Shown here in pieces: positions 42,433 to 60,212 of a stretch of DNA of 64,000 nucleotides. The notes under the pieces were generated by a model that saw only the letters and a program-made list of their open reading frames with translations, made no database searches and had not been told where the DNA came from. Made by a program: the position numbers and the translations under genes. The DNA is from Eledone cirrhosa (lineage: Eukaryota), in assembly GCA_964016885.1 (NCBI GenBank), contig OZ024765.1:15376001-15440000 (forward strand). The letters run 5' to 3'. Position 1 is the first letter of the stretch, and each line of letters starts with the position of its first letter.

Positions 42433-42919
42433 TTTCGATTGTTATTTCTGTTTTAGTTAGCCAGGCCAACAGGAAAGTACCAAATAAGGAACTCCGGGTT
42501 TATCTTATTGTTCACTATCTTCTGTTATTATATTACCACTTCTTCAAATATCATTCTCACCTTACATTTAAACAACCTTATCTATAGAACGAGATCGAAG
42601 ATTTGAAGCAGATGTAGACACTTTGACAGGGAAATAAATAATAATATTGTAGCTATTACCTTTCAGTTCTTACTTGTTGTTGTAAGACACCAAGGAAGGT
42701 ATTCCAGTTGTTATCTTTTATCATCATCTATATCTTTACACTTCAAATTTCATTATCACATTTCATTATCTTTTTACACGACCGTATATTTGTTGCCTTA
42801 CTAATGATATCCTCACATCACATCTCAACAATATTCCTAAGTAGAAAGTTAAACTGTTTTCCTAAGAGAAATATGAGTGCTTTCCTGTGTGTAAAAGGAA
42901 AGTGGGAGATATTACTTAT

Positions 42920-43355
42920 TGATTGTTTCTACGTTAGGCACAAGGCCAGCAATTACCCCCAGTGTATTACTGGTACTTTATTTTATCGACCCCGTAAGGA
43001 TGAAAGGCAAAGTTAACCTGGGTGGGATTTGAACTCAGGCCATAAAGGGCCGTATCTCAATGCTGCAAAGCATGGTGTCCGACCCTCTACCGATACTGCC
43101 AATCCAGCGCCCTGATATTACATAATAATAATAATAAAATAATTATTATGGCAGTATCGGTAGAGGCTCGGATTCTATGCTTAGCAGTATAGAGTTACGG
43201 CCCTTTACAGACTAAGTTCAAATCCCGCCGAGGTTAACTTTGCTTTTCATCCTTACGGAGTCGATAAAATAAAATACCAGTCACGTACTGGGGTCGATTT
43301 ATTCAACTTTTCCCTCCCCAAAATTGCTGGTCTTGTGTCTAAAGTAGAAATGATT
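42920..43355. mobile_element. Head-to-head inverted SINE pair
   Basis: Minus copy at 42920-43110 and plus copy at 43148-43355, separated by about 35 bp. Confidence 0.88.
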
Positions 43356-43779
43356 ATTATCATTATTTTTATTATTACTATTATTATTATCTTTGTTGTT
43401 TAGCCTGTTAACACGTGTGTGACTATCGCCCCGTAAGTTTTGTTAATTCTCAACACCAGCAACACCAGCAACAACTGCAACAACAACAACACCAACAACA
43501 ACTGCAATAATGACAACAACAACGACAACACCAACAACAACGACAACACCACCAGCAACACCAGCAACAACGATTGCAACAACAACGAAAAGAAAAAGGA
43601 GAGCGACAGGACAAAAGTGACCAACAGCAACAACACCATCGTGAATAACAAGCTGGCTGCAAGGACCAAAACATTTTGTAGTGTGGATATTTCAGACAAC
43701 AGCAGTTGGTCCAGGTGTGCAGACTGATTAAACGAGAAAGATCTTAAGCCAACCTAACCATCCCAGACGAACAATAGCA

Positions 43780-44620
43780 GTAACACAAAGGATGACTTTG
43801 CATTATAGATATATTTCGGTGCAGTCCCGCTAAGCGTAACTCGCCACTCAGCCTGAAGTCGAAGTTGCATTGAAATACATCAAAGATGACATAGAATACA
43901 AAGCAAGGGCCAGACAGTTCTGCACCATCTCGGTGCTGTTCGAAACCGAGGCCCTCGCTATTAATACTTGATGGGCTCCTGTAGAACTAACTGCATTGTG
44001 ATGTACCCGACCCACATGGACAGAAGGACTGTAAAGGTCCGCATTACCAGGATCCCACCAGGTCTGAACCGACGGTGACTCCTGGGGTGTGTAGTCGAGG
44101 AGGGTACCGATGGTGCCCCAATAGTGGTTAAAAAACATCTAGAGAGGACTGGTCTGGGATGGATTTGAAGATTCTTCTCCAAATCAAACCAGAACAACTC
44201 AACAACATACCGGGCCATGTGCACCTTCAGGACGAGTCCACAATACAATTGTGCTATCAGCTCAACATCGCAGGGAGCCGCAAGCTTCCGTTGCTGCAAA
44301 ACGCCAGTGCAGGGACGAAAAGCTCAACCCACACCGACACCAATAGTAGCAACACCACTTGAACCACAACCCCCACCAAAACCGACCTAGGGGGAAGAAC
44401 GAGGAAAGTTCTCCGATTCCCCCACCTCCACGTGAGCCGTAGCGTAGTGACGATGATAAGGAAAGACGAGAACAAGAGGGACACGTTAAATAACTTCAGG
44501 CCTACAACTCTGCTCAACACACAATTTCAGACTTTGGCAAATGTCCTAGAAAAGACGTTGGCGCAAGTCGTCGAGGTTTTGGTAGGGAGGGCAAACGTGC
44601 GCAATCCCGACCAGGTCCAT
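43780..44620 (+). mobile_element. Tx1 remnant (ORF1 piece joined to an RT piece)
   Basis: 43900-44100 is homologous to 35200-35400; NNFRPTTLLNTQFQTLANVL occurs at ~44490. Confidence 0.7.
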
Positions 44621-44624
44621 ATAC

Positions 44625-45080
44625 TAAAACTACTACCACTACTACCACCACCACCACCACTACCACCACCACTACTATCACTACTACTACTACTACTACT
44701 AAAACTACTACCACCACCACTACTACTACAACTATTAATAGTACCACTACTACTACTAGTACCACCACCACCACTATCACTACTACTACTACTACTAAAA
44801 CTACTACCACCACCACTACCACCACCACTACTATCACTACCACCACCACCACTACCACCACCACTACTACCACCACTACCACCACCACTACTACTATCAC
44901 TACCACCACCACCACTACCACCACCACTACTACTATCACTACCACAACTACTAGTAGTACGACTGCTACTACAACTCAGAAAGAGGAAGAAACCGAACAA
45001 TGAATATCTGACATCATCATCATCTACACCATCATCTTCCTCTTCTACTACTACTACTACTATTACCACTACTACTACTT
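44625..45080. repeat. (CTA/CCA)n trinucleotide repeat
   Basis: Seen directly in the sequence. Confidence 0.9.
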
Positions 45081-45404
45081 CCTATCTGAACATGGTTGCT
45101 TGCAACAGATGGAACTCCGCTCACTGTGTCCACGGGTCAGATGGTGATATTATACCAGGTTACGACCCAAGTAGGCAACAGTGGAATTTCAACTTTAAAT
45201 ACAGAGACCTGGAACAAATACCGCAAGTTATTTCATCAATTAAGTCAATCCTTGGATCATGAGACGCCTTGCATCTGGGGTTCAGCACTCCACGATGCGC
45301 TCCCGCCACACCGTTCTGGGACGTATCCCCCTGGTAGCGATGTTTGAATACTCTTTTTCATATTTTCATCATAGGGCCTCTTCCTTAAATGGACACACAT
45401 TATA

Positions 45405-45682
45405 TCGGTGGATTGGCAGTATCGGTAGAGGGTCGGACGCTATGCTTTGCAGCATAGAGTTACGGCCCTCTACGAAATAGGATTGTAACGGAACATCTCT
45501 TTCACACCTTTGATTATGACAGTATCGGTAGAGCGTCAGCATAGAGTTATGGCCTTTTACGTCCTGAGTTCAAATCCCGCCGAGGTTAACTTTACCTTTC
45601 ATCCTTACGTGGTCGATAAAGTAAAGTACCAGTAATGCACTGGGATAATTGCTGGCCTTGTGTTGATATAAGAAACAATTAT
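45405..45682 (+). mobile_element. SINE head plus an internally deleted SINE
   Basis: Consensus match; 45472-45682 is an inverted copy of 39711-39912. Confidence 0.8.
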
Positions 45683-45961
45683 ATCTCCAAAGTTGTAATG
45701 TAGGGATTACTTCCCTTACATGAAATCCTGGTCATTCAGCGTCAACTCCACAACTTTGAACACAGTTTGTCTGAACATAGGCACAGTTCTAGCTTTCTTT
45801 ACTAATCAGGCGTTACCAACAGCAATACAATTGATAAGAGACTTCGTAGTAGTTTGTTCAGTTGAACATTTAGAAATACAACACAGCACTCTAATTACAC
45901 AAATAGTACATGTGCATCAACAGAGACATATAGACTCACAGATCACACATATACATATACA

Positions 45962-45962
45962 C

Positions 45963-46011
<49 letters not shown>

Positions 46012-46144
46012 TGTTTCTTTATTAGCCACAGGGGCACAAAAGAAGGGGACAAATACAAAGGGGGAAGTTTATAGATAGATAGATATGTTTCTTTATTAGC
46101 CACAGGGGCACAAAAGAAGGGGACAAATACAAAGAGGGAAGTTT

Positions 46145-46194
<50 letters not shown>

Positions 46195-46306
46195 TTCTTT
46201 ATTAGCCACAGGGGCACAAAAGAAGGGGACAAATACAAAGGGGGAAGTTTACATACAATAAAAACGTGTAAAATGTTATCACAAATGGAATTTAAAAAGT
46301 TAGTCT

Positions 46307-46386
<80 letters not shown>
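45962..46386. repeat. (GATA)n with three embedded copies of a ~57-bp LINE 3' terminus
   Basis: TTTCTTTATTAGCCACAGGGGCACAAAAGAAGGGGACAAATACAAAG occurs three times at 46012-46250. Confidence 0.85.
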
Positions 46387-46387
<1 letters not shown>

Positions 46388-46967
46388 AGTATTTAACTTC
46401 TACATATCATGGTCTCAATGATATCCGAGAGGATGTCAACGACGTTTAGTGGACATACATGTGGTGGACTCTGAAAAGAGATAATATTGCAACCTTTCAC
46501 AATCAGATCAATAGGCAATAACTATCGATAAATGACTTCTGATAAATATCCAAAAACCCTGCTGCTTCGTCAACTGACCAACAATCCATGCTCCTTTCAC
46601 AACTTATCTCCAGCTATTCCACTACAATTCTTATAGCGTCTCTGCTTGAAAATATAGCGTGAATTAAATGTCTTGCTTCCTGTACCAATACATACGTACC
46701 TACACACATACAGGCATACATACATAGATACATACATACATATATACATACATACAGGCATACATACATAGATATATACATACAAGTATGCATGCATAGA
46801 TACATACATACATACAAGTATGCATGCATAGATACATACATACAAGTAAGCATGCATAGATACATACATACAAGTAAGCATACATAGATACATACATACA
46901 AGTAAGCATATATAGAAACATTCATAAAAGTATACATACATACATACATACATGTATGCATGCATAC

Positions 46968-47200
46968 ATGATGGCCGCAAACTCGTGTTCGAGTATAGCG
47001 ATCACCTGATAAAATGCATAAAAATGTGAGGCACGAATGTGGCTCTTCAAACCAGCCAAAGATTTGCAGCCTCTGGTACATACATGGCAACTGTACATTC
47101 CTCTGGGATTTTCCACTGCTTGGTTTTGACTGTGTGTTCTCATATGTCTTTTGAGACCTCCCATGCCAGCACATTCCTTGCCACATTCCTTACACCTTCT
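46968..47200 (-). mobile_element. RTE 3' fragment with zinc fingers and a (TATG)n tail
   Basis: GGLKRHMRTH...CHVCTRGCKSLAGLKSHIRASH, then GCTATACTCGAACACGAGTTTGCGGCCATC(ATGT)n. Confidence 0.8.
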
Positions 47201-47384
47201 CAGATCATGCTCTATATGAGGTCGATTGATAATCTATAAGAGGTCTATTGATATGACTTTGTTCATGTCTTATCAGACCAGTTTACTCAGGCAGGCTCAA
47301 GCACAGTGCTGGCAAACCAGATTTTGCTGAACAGCAGACAGTTCAGCATACCTACTTGATGATGTTGATGATGGTGATGATGAT

Positions 47385-48018
47385 GATGGCTGCAACTCGA
47401 TTTCGAGTAATGCCGTCATTTGATACTTAAGCATGAGTAGTCCTGCTAGGGACTTGCCTATGGCCAGCAATACCATGCATCGCAAAAAATGTCACATATC
47501 CAGCGATGCCTGTGCTTGAAGCTTTTTTAAGTGAGGAAAGGCTTTGCAAGGGGTCAATCCCACTCTCTGAACATCAAACGTATTTACCCCAAAAAGAACT
47601 CGTCTACATCATTGGATGCAAACGAAGTTGCAGTTTTATATCAGAGTGACCTTCTTTTTTTGTGGAGCGAGAGACTCCTAGTCTTCATTAAGACATCTAC
47701 ATGCATGCATAATACATACATATATACACGATGGCTGCCCCATCGTTATCGAGTATGGCCATTGCACGATATACTATTATTAATTAATTCTATCGTGCAA
47801 TGCCTGTGCGTGAAGATATTTTTTAAAGAGAGGAAAGACTGTGCACTGAGCCAATCCCACTCTCTGAGCAACAGTAGCTTTAACCTGAAAAGAAGAAAAG
47901 ATCAACATCATCGGTAACTACTGAGCCGCAGGTTTTATATCGGAGTTATCCTAGTTTGCTGAGTTGCCTTCTCCTAGAAGAATGCCCTGACAAAGGCTAG
48001 GGGTCCTTCACTCCCAGT
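47385..48018 (-). mobile_element. Two non-autonomous bipartite RTE derivatives
   Basis: 47729-48018 is near-identical to 58462-58750; 47385-47695 is an older relative. Confidence 0.7.
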
Positions 48019-48189
48019 ATATACATACAAACATACATACATACATACATAAATACATACATACATAAATACATACATACATAAATACATACATACATAC
48101 ATAAATACATACATACATAAATACATACATACATATATACATACATACATACATACATACATAAATACATACATACATACATACATACA

Positions 48190-49987
48190 CGACAGCCCTT
48201 ACATTTTGGCAAATCAACATCTGCCTATATACCCTGGCAACGACTGTGAAACATTATCTTGGTGATCAGAGAGAGTTTAACAAAAAAAAACAAGACACCA
48301 CACAAGATACCATCATATAATAGAAAAAAAATAGAAAAAAAGATTGCTGACCTCCGGAAATCTATGAGACATTGCTCTCCACATGCAAACAAAGATAAAC
48401 AAAAATAGATTCCTCACTGACACAGTGAAAAATAAAATAGAAACGATGTTTAGAGACAGTACGACCAGAATTCTTCAATATAAGTTGATCACAGTCAAAC
48501 AATAATTGAGAGCTGTCAGCGAGAAACGTCAATACCAGAAGGAGGTAGATGTAAGAAAATTAATTAATGAAAGATTTAGACGAATCTAAACATCAGTCTA
48601 TAGAAATATGAAGGGCGAAGTAATAAGTGTCACTGAAAGACCTTAGATTCCTTGTGGAGGAAAATATGGGGTGAAATTCAACCAAGATGTAGTGTGGTTG
48701 AGAGAGTTCCAAACGTACTATTACCCCTGCACTAAAACAAAAGAGACTGTGGTTGGATAAATTCAAGATAAGAAAACACCAGGAAGATACATGATTGTCG
48801 GCTACTTGTACAAAAACTGACTTTCTATCGGATGTATCTTAACCTCTATCAGCAAGCTTTCAAAGGAGATGCACATATACCAAGGTGGTTGACATTAGCA
48901 CCAACAATATTGGTCCCCAAGAATAAAGACACCGACTTTTCAAAAAACAACCGACTCATTGTATGCCAGAACCTGATGTATAAAATGTAAACAGCCTGCC
49001 TGAACCTATTTCTCCAAGATCACTTAGTGTAATAACATCATCACAGATGGGCAAGCAGCTGGAAAAAAAGGTATTTGGGAGTGTGCTGAACAACTCCTAA
49101 TTAACAAAACTGCAGGCTCGGAGGTACTACAACTTAAGAGGAATATGGCTACAGTCTGGCTGGACTACAGGAAAGCATTTGATTCTGTTCTTCACTATTG
49201 GACGATATAGGCCCTCCAATTTTCTAAAGTCCCAGACACTATTATCAGAGCCATAGAGAACCCATCTTCTTCCCGAGCTACTATCCTAAAGTTAAATACA
49301 GACAAGAAGGATTCTATTTTCACTAATAAAATAGAAAATCGCTGGAGTATAATTGAAGGAGACCATATCTCTGCGTTACTAGTTATACTGTCATTAGCCT
49401 CTTTGTATTTTCTACTGAATAAATATGAAGGATACATAATTGGTTCACTGGGAGACAGGAATACAAAACTAACTCATAAGTTCTTTGAGGATGACCTGAA
49501 GCCTTATGCCAAGAACCTATGGCCGGTTTCGACGTTCTCGAAAGATATAGGAACATGAGTTTGACCAGGTTGAATGTTCATATATGATTATAAAGCGCGG
49601 AGAAGCTACAAGCAAATCTAGTAACATTTCTATCAATAACTGTTTCACTGGTATTTGATGAGGGCTGCTACTGATACATAGGGTTAGGTGAAAATATATC
49701 CTATGATGGAATTTGTAACAAGGAACGCGTAACTAGGTAATATAACACCAGAATAAGAAATATACGATCTTCTGAACTCTCTTCCCATAATAAGTCTATG
49801 GTCCACGATATGTTTGCTGTGCCTGTGCTAACACCAACATTTAACTACTTGACTGGACGCTAAATGAAAACTAAGCCTTCGATGTTAAAACCAGAAATTC
49901 CAACTGGACCTTCTCAACGCACCCCGGGGAACAGTAGCGCTCACTTTGCGAATCTCTGATCTAGATGGTGGATAAAGTCTTGTTAAC

Positions 49988-49990
<3 letters not shown>
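48190..49990 (+). mobile_element. Decayed R4/Dong-clade retrotransposon
   Basis: Broken frames with TVWLDYRKAFDSV, GKKGIWECAEQLLINK, HKFFEDDLK and FAVPVLTPTF; homologous to 60220-61700. Confidence 0.85.
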
Positions 49991-50057
<67 letters not shown>

Positions 50058-50417
50058 GAAAGGAGAAAAATATCAAAGAACAGACATGCCAAAATTACAA
50101 CTTCCCAGAAAATCTATCACAAGGTTGTAGTCATAGGATCATGCCTATTATAATATGATGGGGTGGACCTCCATCGACTTCAACGATTTGAGTTGTCCCC
50201 TCAACGAAATAGCCTCCTCATGAAATGAACATGTGCGTGACTGAGCATTCCGCAGATGATTCATGCACGCTTAATGTAATTCTCGGAGATTCAACGTGAC
50301 ACAGTCCATCGAACCCGGGACATAGAAATTATGAAGCGAACAAATTAGCCATTCCACAATGTTGCCTTCACACACACCCGTTTACCTTTTACACACACAC
50401 ACACACACCCGTTTACC

Positions 50418-50532
<115 letters not shown>

Positions 50533-50819
50533 ATAGATAAATTAATAAATTGCTATTGTTTTTCTGAGAGGTGTGCGTATATAAATGTGTGTGTTGAGGT
50601 GTTTGAGCAATCTAACTCTGTAATATAAACACATAAATAAGGCTAGCTTCTATTTAGATCACTATCAAATATAGATTGCGGCCCTCACAGCTAACACACT
50701 CTATGATCTATGGCAGAGTCTTTTTTTATGATAATTCCTAATTAAATAATTTTCTTTATGGATGTCTTCCTTATAATGCCTCACTTCTCGGCTTCCACTT
50801 TATTTGTATACGTGTGTCT

Positions 50820-54210
<3,391 letters not shown>

Positions 54211-54279
54211 CTTTCGTTGTATTTTATTTTTTACTGTTGTCTCTCTCTTACTTAATCAATTTCTCTTTCATAAGCACTA

Positions 54280-54980
54280 TACCACCACCACCACCAATAA
54301 CAACAACAACAACACTATAACGCCACCCCCACCACTACAACACCACCACCAACAACATCAGTCCTATACGATCACCACCAACAACATCAGTCCTATACGA
54401 TCACCACCACTACAACACCACCATCACTACCACCACCACTACAACACCATCACTACCACCACCACTACAACACCACCACCACCACCACTACAACACCACC
54501 ACCACCACCACTACAACCCCACCACCACCACAACACCACCACCACTACAACCCCACCACCACCACAACACCACCACCACCACCACCACTACAACACCACC
54601 ACCACCACCACTACAACACCACCATCACCACCACCACAACCACCACCACCACCACCACCACCACCACTGCAACAACACCACCACCACTACAACACCACCA
54701 CCACCACCACCACCACAACAACACCACCACCACCACTACAACAACACCACCACCACTACAACACCACCATCACTAACACCATCACTACCACCACCACTAC
54801 AACAACACCACCACCACCACCACCACAACACCACCATCACCACCACCACCACCACTGCAACAACACCACCACAACACCACCACCACCACAACAATAACAC
54901 CACCACTACAACACCACCACCACCACCACCACAACAACAACACCACCACCACTACAACACCACCACCACTATAACAAGCT
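54280..54980. repeat. (CAC/CAA)n repeat
   Basis: Seen directly in the sequence. Confidence 0.9.
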
Positions 54981-55344
54981 CAATAACAATACCACTGAAA
55001 CATCACCCATAGCAAAACTGTGCTAACCACTAAACATACACGATAGACGAGAAAGCCTCTACATAGTCACCAATTGCTAGAAATAGCAGTCGAATCTCCC
55101 ACTCTACAATATAGACGGGTATATGGAACAATATCTATTTTTCTTTACTTACAACAAAAATGGAATGTTCATGGCTGGAACGCTTTTCATCAAAGGTTTA
55201 CTTGAGTTCTAAATCACTGGATTATAAAACTATAAACTCAGCCAACACATTACTCCAATACTATATAACAACTAGTCAAAAATAAAGCTTCTATATTGTC
55301 ACTTGATCTGCTAGAACTAGAAGCCAAAGCTCCCTTATATTGCA

Positions 55345-55519
55345 TCACTGGGAGCCCCTACATGGACACACTAGAAGAGGAAGACCAAGGTTAACGTATG
55401 TTGATGCCCTAAGGACAGACACTGGTCTGTTGGAGATGCAGGACATGGCAGCGATAATGAGGGACAGAGACCGCTGGAGAGAACTCGTCCATGGATCTCG
55501 GGAATTTTACCCGCCTTAG
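55345..55519 (+). mobile_element. RTEX/RTE-type LINE 3' fragment
   Basis: WEPLHGHTRRGRPRLTYVDALRTDTGLLEMQDMAAIMRDRDRWRELV*. Confidence 0.8.
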
Positions 55520-55559
55520 ACATAGACTGTCTTAAAACAGCAAATGACATATTGGATAA

Positions 55560-55720
55560 GGCCGTGATTTGGCAGAGTTGTTAAGACGTCAGATAGAATG
55601 TTTTACAGTATTCATCCCACCTCATTGCACGCTCTGAGTTCAAATCCCGCCTGGGTCAACTTTGCCTTTCATCCTTTCGAGGTTGATGGAAAAAGTACCA
55701 GTCCAGTACTGGGGTCCATT
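55560..55720 (+). mobile_element. Diverged tRNA-derived SINE
   Basis: GAGTTCAAATCCCGCC..GGTCAACTTTGCCTTTCATCCTTTCG. Confidence 0.75.
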
Positions 55721-55784
55721 CTTCCTCAATAGAGAATATCGGTTGTGATCAGACCTGGAGAGGGTTGGGCTCTGCCAGGTTTAA

Positions 55785-56562
55785 AAGTGCCCTAGACACA
55801 CAGTATGACAGTACCCCTACAACAAAGTGTCCTAGACACACTGTACGACAGTACCCCTACAACAAAGTGTCCTAGACACACTGTACGACAGTACCCCTAC
55901 AACAAAATGCCCTAGACACACAGTATGACAGTACCTCTACAACAAAGTGCCCTAGACACACAGTATGACAGTGCCTCTACGACAAAGTACCCTAGACACA
56001 CAGTAAGACAGTGCCTCTACAATAAAGTGCCCTAGACACACAGTATGACAGTGCCTGTACAACAAAGTACCCTAGACACACCGTATGAAAGTGCCTCTAC
56101 AACAAAGTACCCTAGACACACCGTATGACAGTGCCTGTACAACAAAGTACCCTAGACACACCGTATGAAAGTGCCTCTACAACAAAGTGCCCTAGACACA
56201 CCGTATGACAGTGCCTCTACAACAAAGTGCCCTAGACACACCGTATGAAAGTGCCTCTACAACAAAGTGCCCTAGACACACCGTATGAAAGTGCCTCTAC
56301 AACAAAGTGCCCTAGACACACCGTATGAAAGTGCCTCTACAACAAAGTACCCTAGACACACCGTATGAAAGTGCCTCTACAACAAAGTGCCCTAGACACA
56401 CCGTATGACAGTGCCTGTACAACAAAGTACCCTAGACACACCGTATGAAAGTGCCTCTACAACAAAGTGCCCTAGACACACTGTATGACAGTGCCTCTAC
56501 AACAAAGTGCCCTAGACACAGCGTATCACAGTACCTCTACAACAAAGAGCCCTAGACACACC
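55785..56562. repeat. 40-bp minisatellite (~19 units)
   Basis: Unit CCTAGACACACCGTATGAAAGTGCCTCTACAACAAAGTGC with an exact 40-bp period. Confidence 0.97.
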
Positions 56563-57299
56563 GGGAGAGAGAGAGGGAGGGGGGGTAGGGAGGGAGAGAG
56601 AGAGAGGGGAGGGAAAGAGAGAGGGAGAGGGAGAGAGCGGGTGAAGGAGAGAGAGAGAGGGAGAGAGAGAGGAGAGAGAGAGGGAGGGAGAGAGAGAAGG
56701 AGGGAGAGAGAGGGTGAAGGAGAGAGAGAGACGGAGAGAGAGAGGGAGGGAGAGAGAAAGGGAAGGAGAGAGAGAGAGAGGGCGGAAGAGAGAGAGGAAG
56801 CACAAACCCCAGTATAATACCGTTGGTTCATCTGAGAGCGCAGAGAGCAGGAACAAATACCAAAGTATTACTCCTACCTCGTCAGGTCTCTGCCAAGGCG
56901 CCACCTTCAACATGCCATGTATATAACAACAGCAACAATAACAACAACATAATATCAATAACAACCCGCCCACTACAACCATCCACCATTTCTACTAGCA
57001 GCAGAATAAGAATTAAACGAACCGATTAATAGAAAATCATAGTTTATGATTCAGGTTGATATAAAATTGCCATTGATTTCAAGTCTATAATACGAACAAC
57101 AGAGCACCAATCTTTATTAGGATCCATTTGTCAAAAATGCTAAATATGGCGGCCATTATTTGCGTTAGGCGTCTGGATATTGGAATATTCCCACATAAAG
57201 TAAATGATTTGTGGTTTTTGTTGGTGTATAAGTGCATCATTTGTGTTTGTATGTTGCATGAACGCATACATACAGACAAACACATATACATATACATAC

Positions 57300-57337
57300 A
57301 TACATACATATATATACACACATACATACATACGTAC

Positions 57338-57374
<37 letters not shown>

Positions 57375-57441
57375 CATACGTAATTATATATATATATACA
57401 TTCATACGTACATATATATACACACATACATACATACGTAC

Positions 57442-57478
<37 letters not shown>

Positions 57479-58424
57479 CATACGTAATTATATATATATA
57501 TACATTCATACGTACATATATATATATATATACATTCATACGTACATATATATACATTCATACGTACATATATATACATTCATACGTACATATATATATA
57601 TATATATATATATACATTCATACGTACATATATATATATATATATATACATTCATACGTACATATATATATATATACATTCATACGTACATATATATATA
57701 TATATACATTCATACGTACATATATATATATATATACATTCATACGTACATATATATATATATACATTCATACGTACATATATATATATATATACATTCA
57801 TACGTACATATATATATATATACATTCATACGTACATATATATATATATACATTCATACGTACATATATATATATATACATTCATACGTACATATATATA
57901 TATATATATATATACATTCATACGTACATATATATATATATATATACATTCATACGTACATATATATATATATATATATACATTCATACGTACATATATA
58001 TATATATATATACATACATACGTACATATATATATATATACATTCATACGTACATATATATATATATATACATTCATACGTACATATATATATATATATA
58101 CATTCATACGTACATATATATATATATACATTCATACGTACATATATATATATATACATTCATACGTACATATATATATATATATATACATTCATACGAA
58201 CATATATATATATATATATACATTCATACGTACATATATATATATATATATACATTCATACGTACATATATATATATATATACATTCATACGTACATATA
58301 TATATATATACATTCATACGTACATATATATATATATACATTCATACGTACATATATATATATATACATTCATACATACATATATATATATACATTCATA
58401 CATACATATATATATATACATTCA

Positions 58425-58460
<36 letters not shown>
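57300..58460. repeat. CATTCATACGTA(CA)(TA)n variable-length minisatellite
   Basis: Seen directly in the sequence. Confidence 0.93.
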
Positions 58461-58461
58461 T

Positions 58462-60165
58462 GATGGCTGCCTCCTCGTTATCGAGTATGGCTATTGCACG
58501 ATATATCATTATCAATTAATTCTATCGTGCAATGCCTGCGCGAGAAGATATTTTTTAGAGTGAGTCAAAAAAATATGCACCGAGCCAATCCCACTCACTG
58601 GGCGACAGTAGCTATAACCCGAAAAGAAGAAAAGATCAACATCATCGGTAACTACTGAGCCGCAGGCTTTATATCGGTGTTATCCCAGTTTCCTGAGTTG
58701 CCTTCTCCTAGAAGAATGCCCTGACAAAGGCTAGGGGTCCTTTACTCCCAGTGGTTTAACCGCGCGATCGGGTGTCCAGCACGATTATTTCTATGTCCTC
58801 GCGCATATACATACACATGCACCCATGCATATACATATACACATATGTACATGTGTATATACATATTTACACACTTTTGGATGGCCGTTGACCCTTATGA
58901 TTTCTTCCGCTCTTTGTCAGGTTTTGTTTTTTGTCCTGCAGGGTGTCCAAAATCACCCTCCTCACCAAGTAAACTTGGTGGTGTTGCCGGTTTAGTCGCC
59001 GACGACCCACCATGTGACAGGTTGTACTGGGTTAGATGTTACCAGTAGCACTCAAGAGTGACCCAACATATAAATATATATATATATATTTACATATACA
59101 TACATGGTGACTGCCACTGGTTTTCGAGTACGGCCACTACTTTATGTAGGATAACCCCTACTGATGCGCTGAACGAGTGTGACCTTTTAGTCCAGCCAGC
59201 GACTTGAAAACTCTGGTACAAACACTACACTTGTGACAATTACTGACACATAGTGCTGGGCCCATTGTACCCTGTGATGACAAGTGCAGGGAGATCTCCA
59301 GATATAAAGCAATGCCTGTGCCGTGAAGCTTTTATAGTGAGCAAAGGCACTGCACAAAGCCAGTCCCACTCTCTTAACCAAGATGATATTTACCAAAAAG
59401 AAGAACAAGTCAACATCATTGGATACCATCAGGGTTGCAGGTGTTATATCAGAGTTTTCCTTCTCCTAGAATTCTGCCTTGACAAAGGCTAAGGGGTCAC
59501 ATACATACATACATACATACATACATACATACATACATACATACATACATACATACATGGTGGCTGCCAACTCGTTTTCGAGTACGGCCACTACTTTATA
59601 TCCATGTAGGAGAACCCCTACCGAAGCGCTGAACGAGTGTGACTTTTAGTCCAGCCAGCGACTTGAAACCTCTGGTACAAACACTACACTTGTGACAATT
59701 ATTGACACATAGTGCTGGGCCCATGGTACCATGTGAGGACAAGTGCAGAGAGATCTCCAGATATAAAACAATGCCTGTGCCATGAAGCTTTTATAGTGAG
59801 CAAAGGCACTGCACAAAGCCAGTCCCACTCTCTTAACCAAGATGATATTTACCAAAAAGAAGAACAAGTCAACATCATTGGATACCATCAGGGTTGCAGG
59901 TGTTATATCAGAGTTTTCCTTCTCCTAGAATTCTGCCTTGACAAAGGCTAAGGGGTCATCTCTCCCGGTGATTTTGGATGGCCATTGACTCTTAAGAGCT
60001 CCTTTGCCCTTTGACAGGTTTTGTTTTTAGTCCTGCAGGATGTCCAAAGTCACCCTCCTCACCAAGAAACCTTGGTGGGGTTGCCAGTTTAGTCGCCAAC
60101 GACCCGACCATGAGACAGGTTGTACTGGGATACATGTTACCAGTAGCACCAACTGGTGACCTGAC
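58462..60165 (-). mobile_element. Array of non-autonomous bipartite RTE derivatives (5' UTR fused to 3' end)
   Basis: RTE 5' UTR motif CTAGGAGAAGGAAAACTCTGAT..AACACC plus the 3' end GCC(A/G)TACTCGA(T/A)AACGAG..GGCAGCCA(TGTA)n. 59105-59498 and 59557-59960 are tandem copies; extra 5' UTR blocks lie at 58875-59065 and 59970-60165. Confidence 0.78.
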
Positions 60166-60212
60166 ATACATACATACATACATACATACATACATACATA
60201 CATACATACATA

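Noticed and set aside
41439-42456. Repetitive Cys/His protein ORFs
   Set aside because: An 11-bp minisatellite open in several frames on both strands.
55785-56562. CRISPR-like periodic array (also 1-555, 22250-22890, 41490-42432)
   Set aside because: Head-to-tail units with no unique spacers, no cas genes and a eukaryotic context.
57080-57230. Cadherin-like [11 protein letters not shown] motif
   Set aside because: It lacks the acidic DxNDN residues, is preceded by a stop and has no other cadherin motifs.
59970-60165. HDV-like or twister ribozyme in the RTE 5' UTR
   Set aside because: I could not build the P1/P1.1/P3 nested pseudoknot or the twister GGUCCCAAGCCC-type core by eye.
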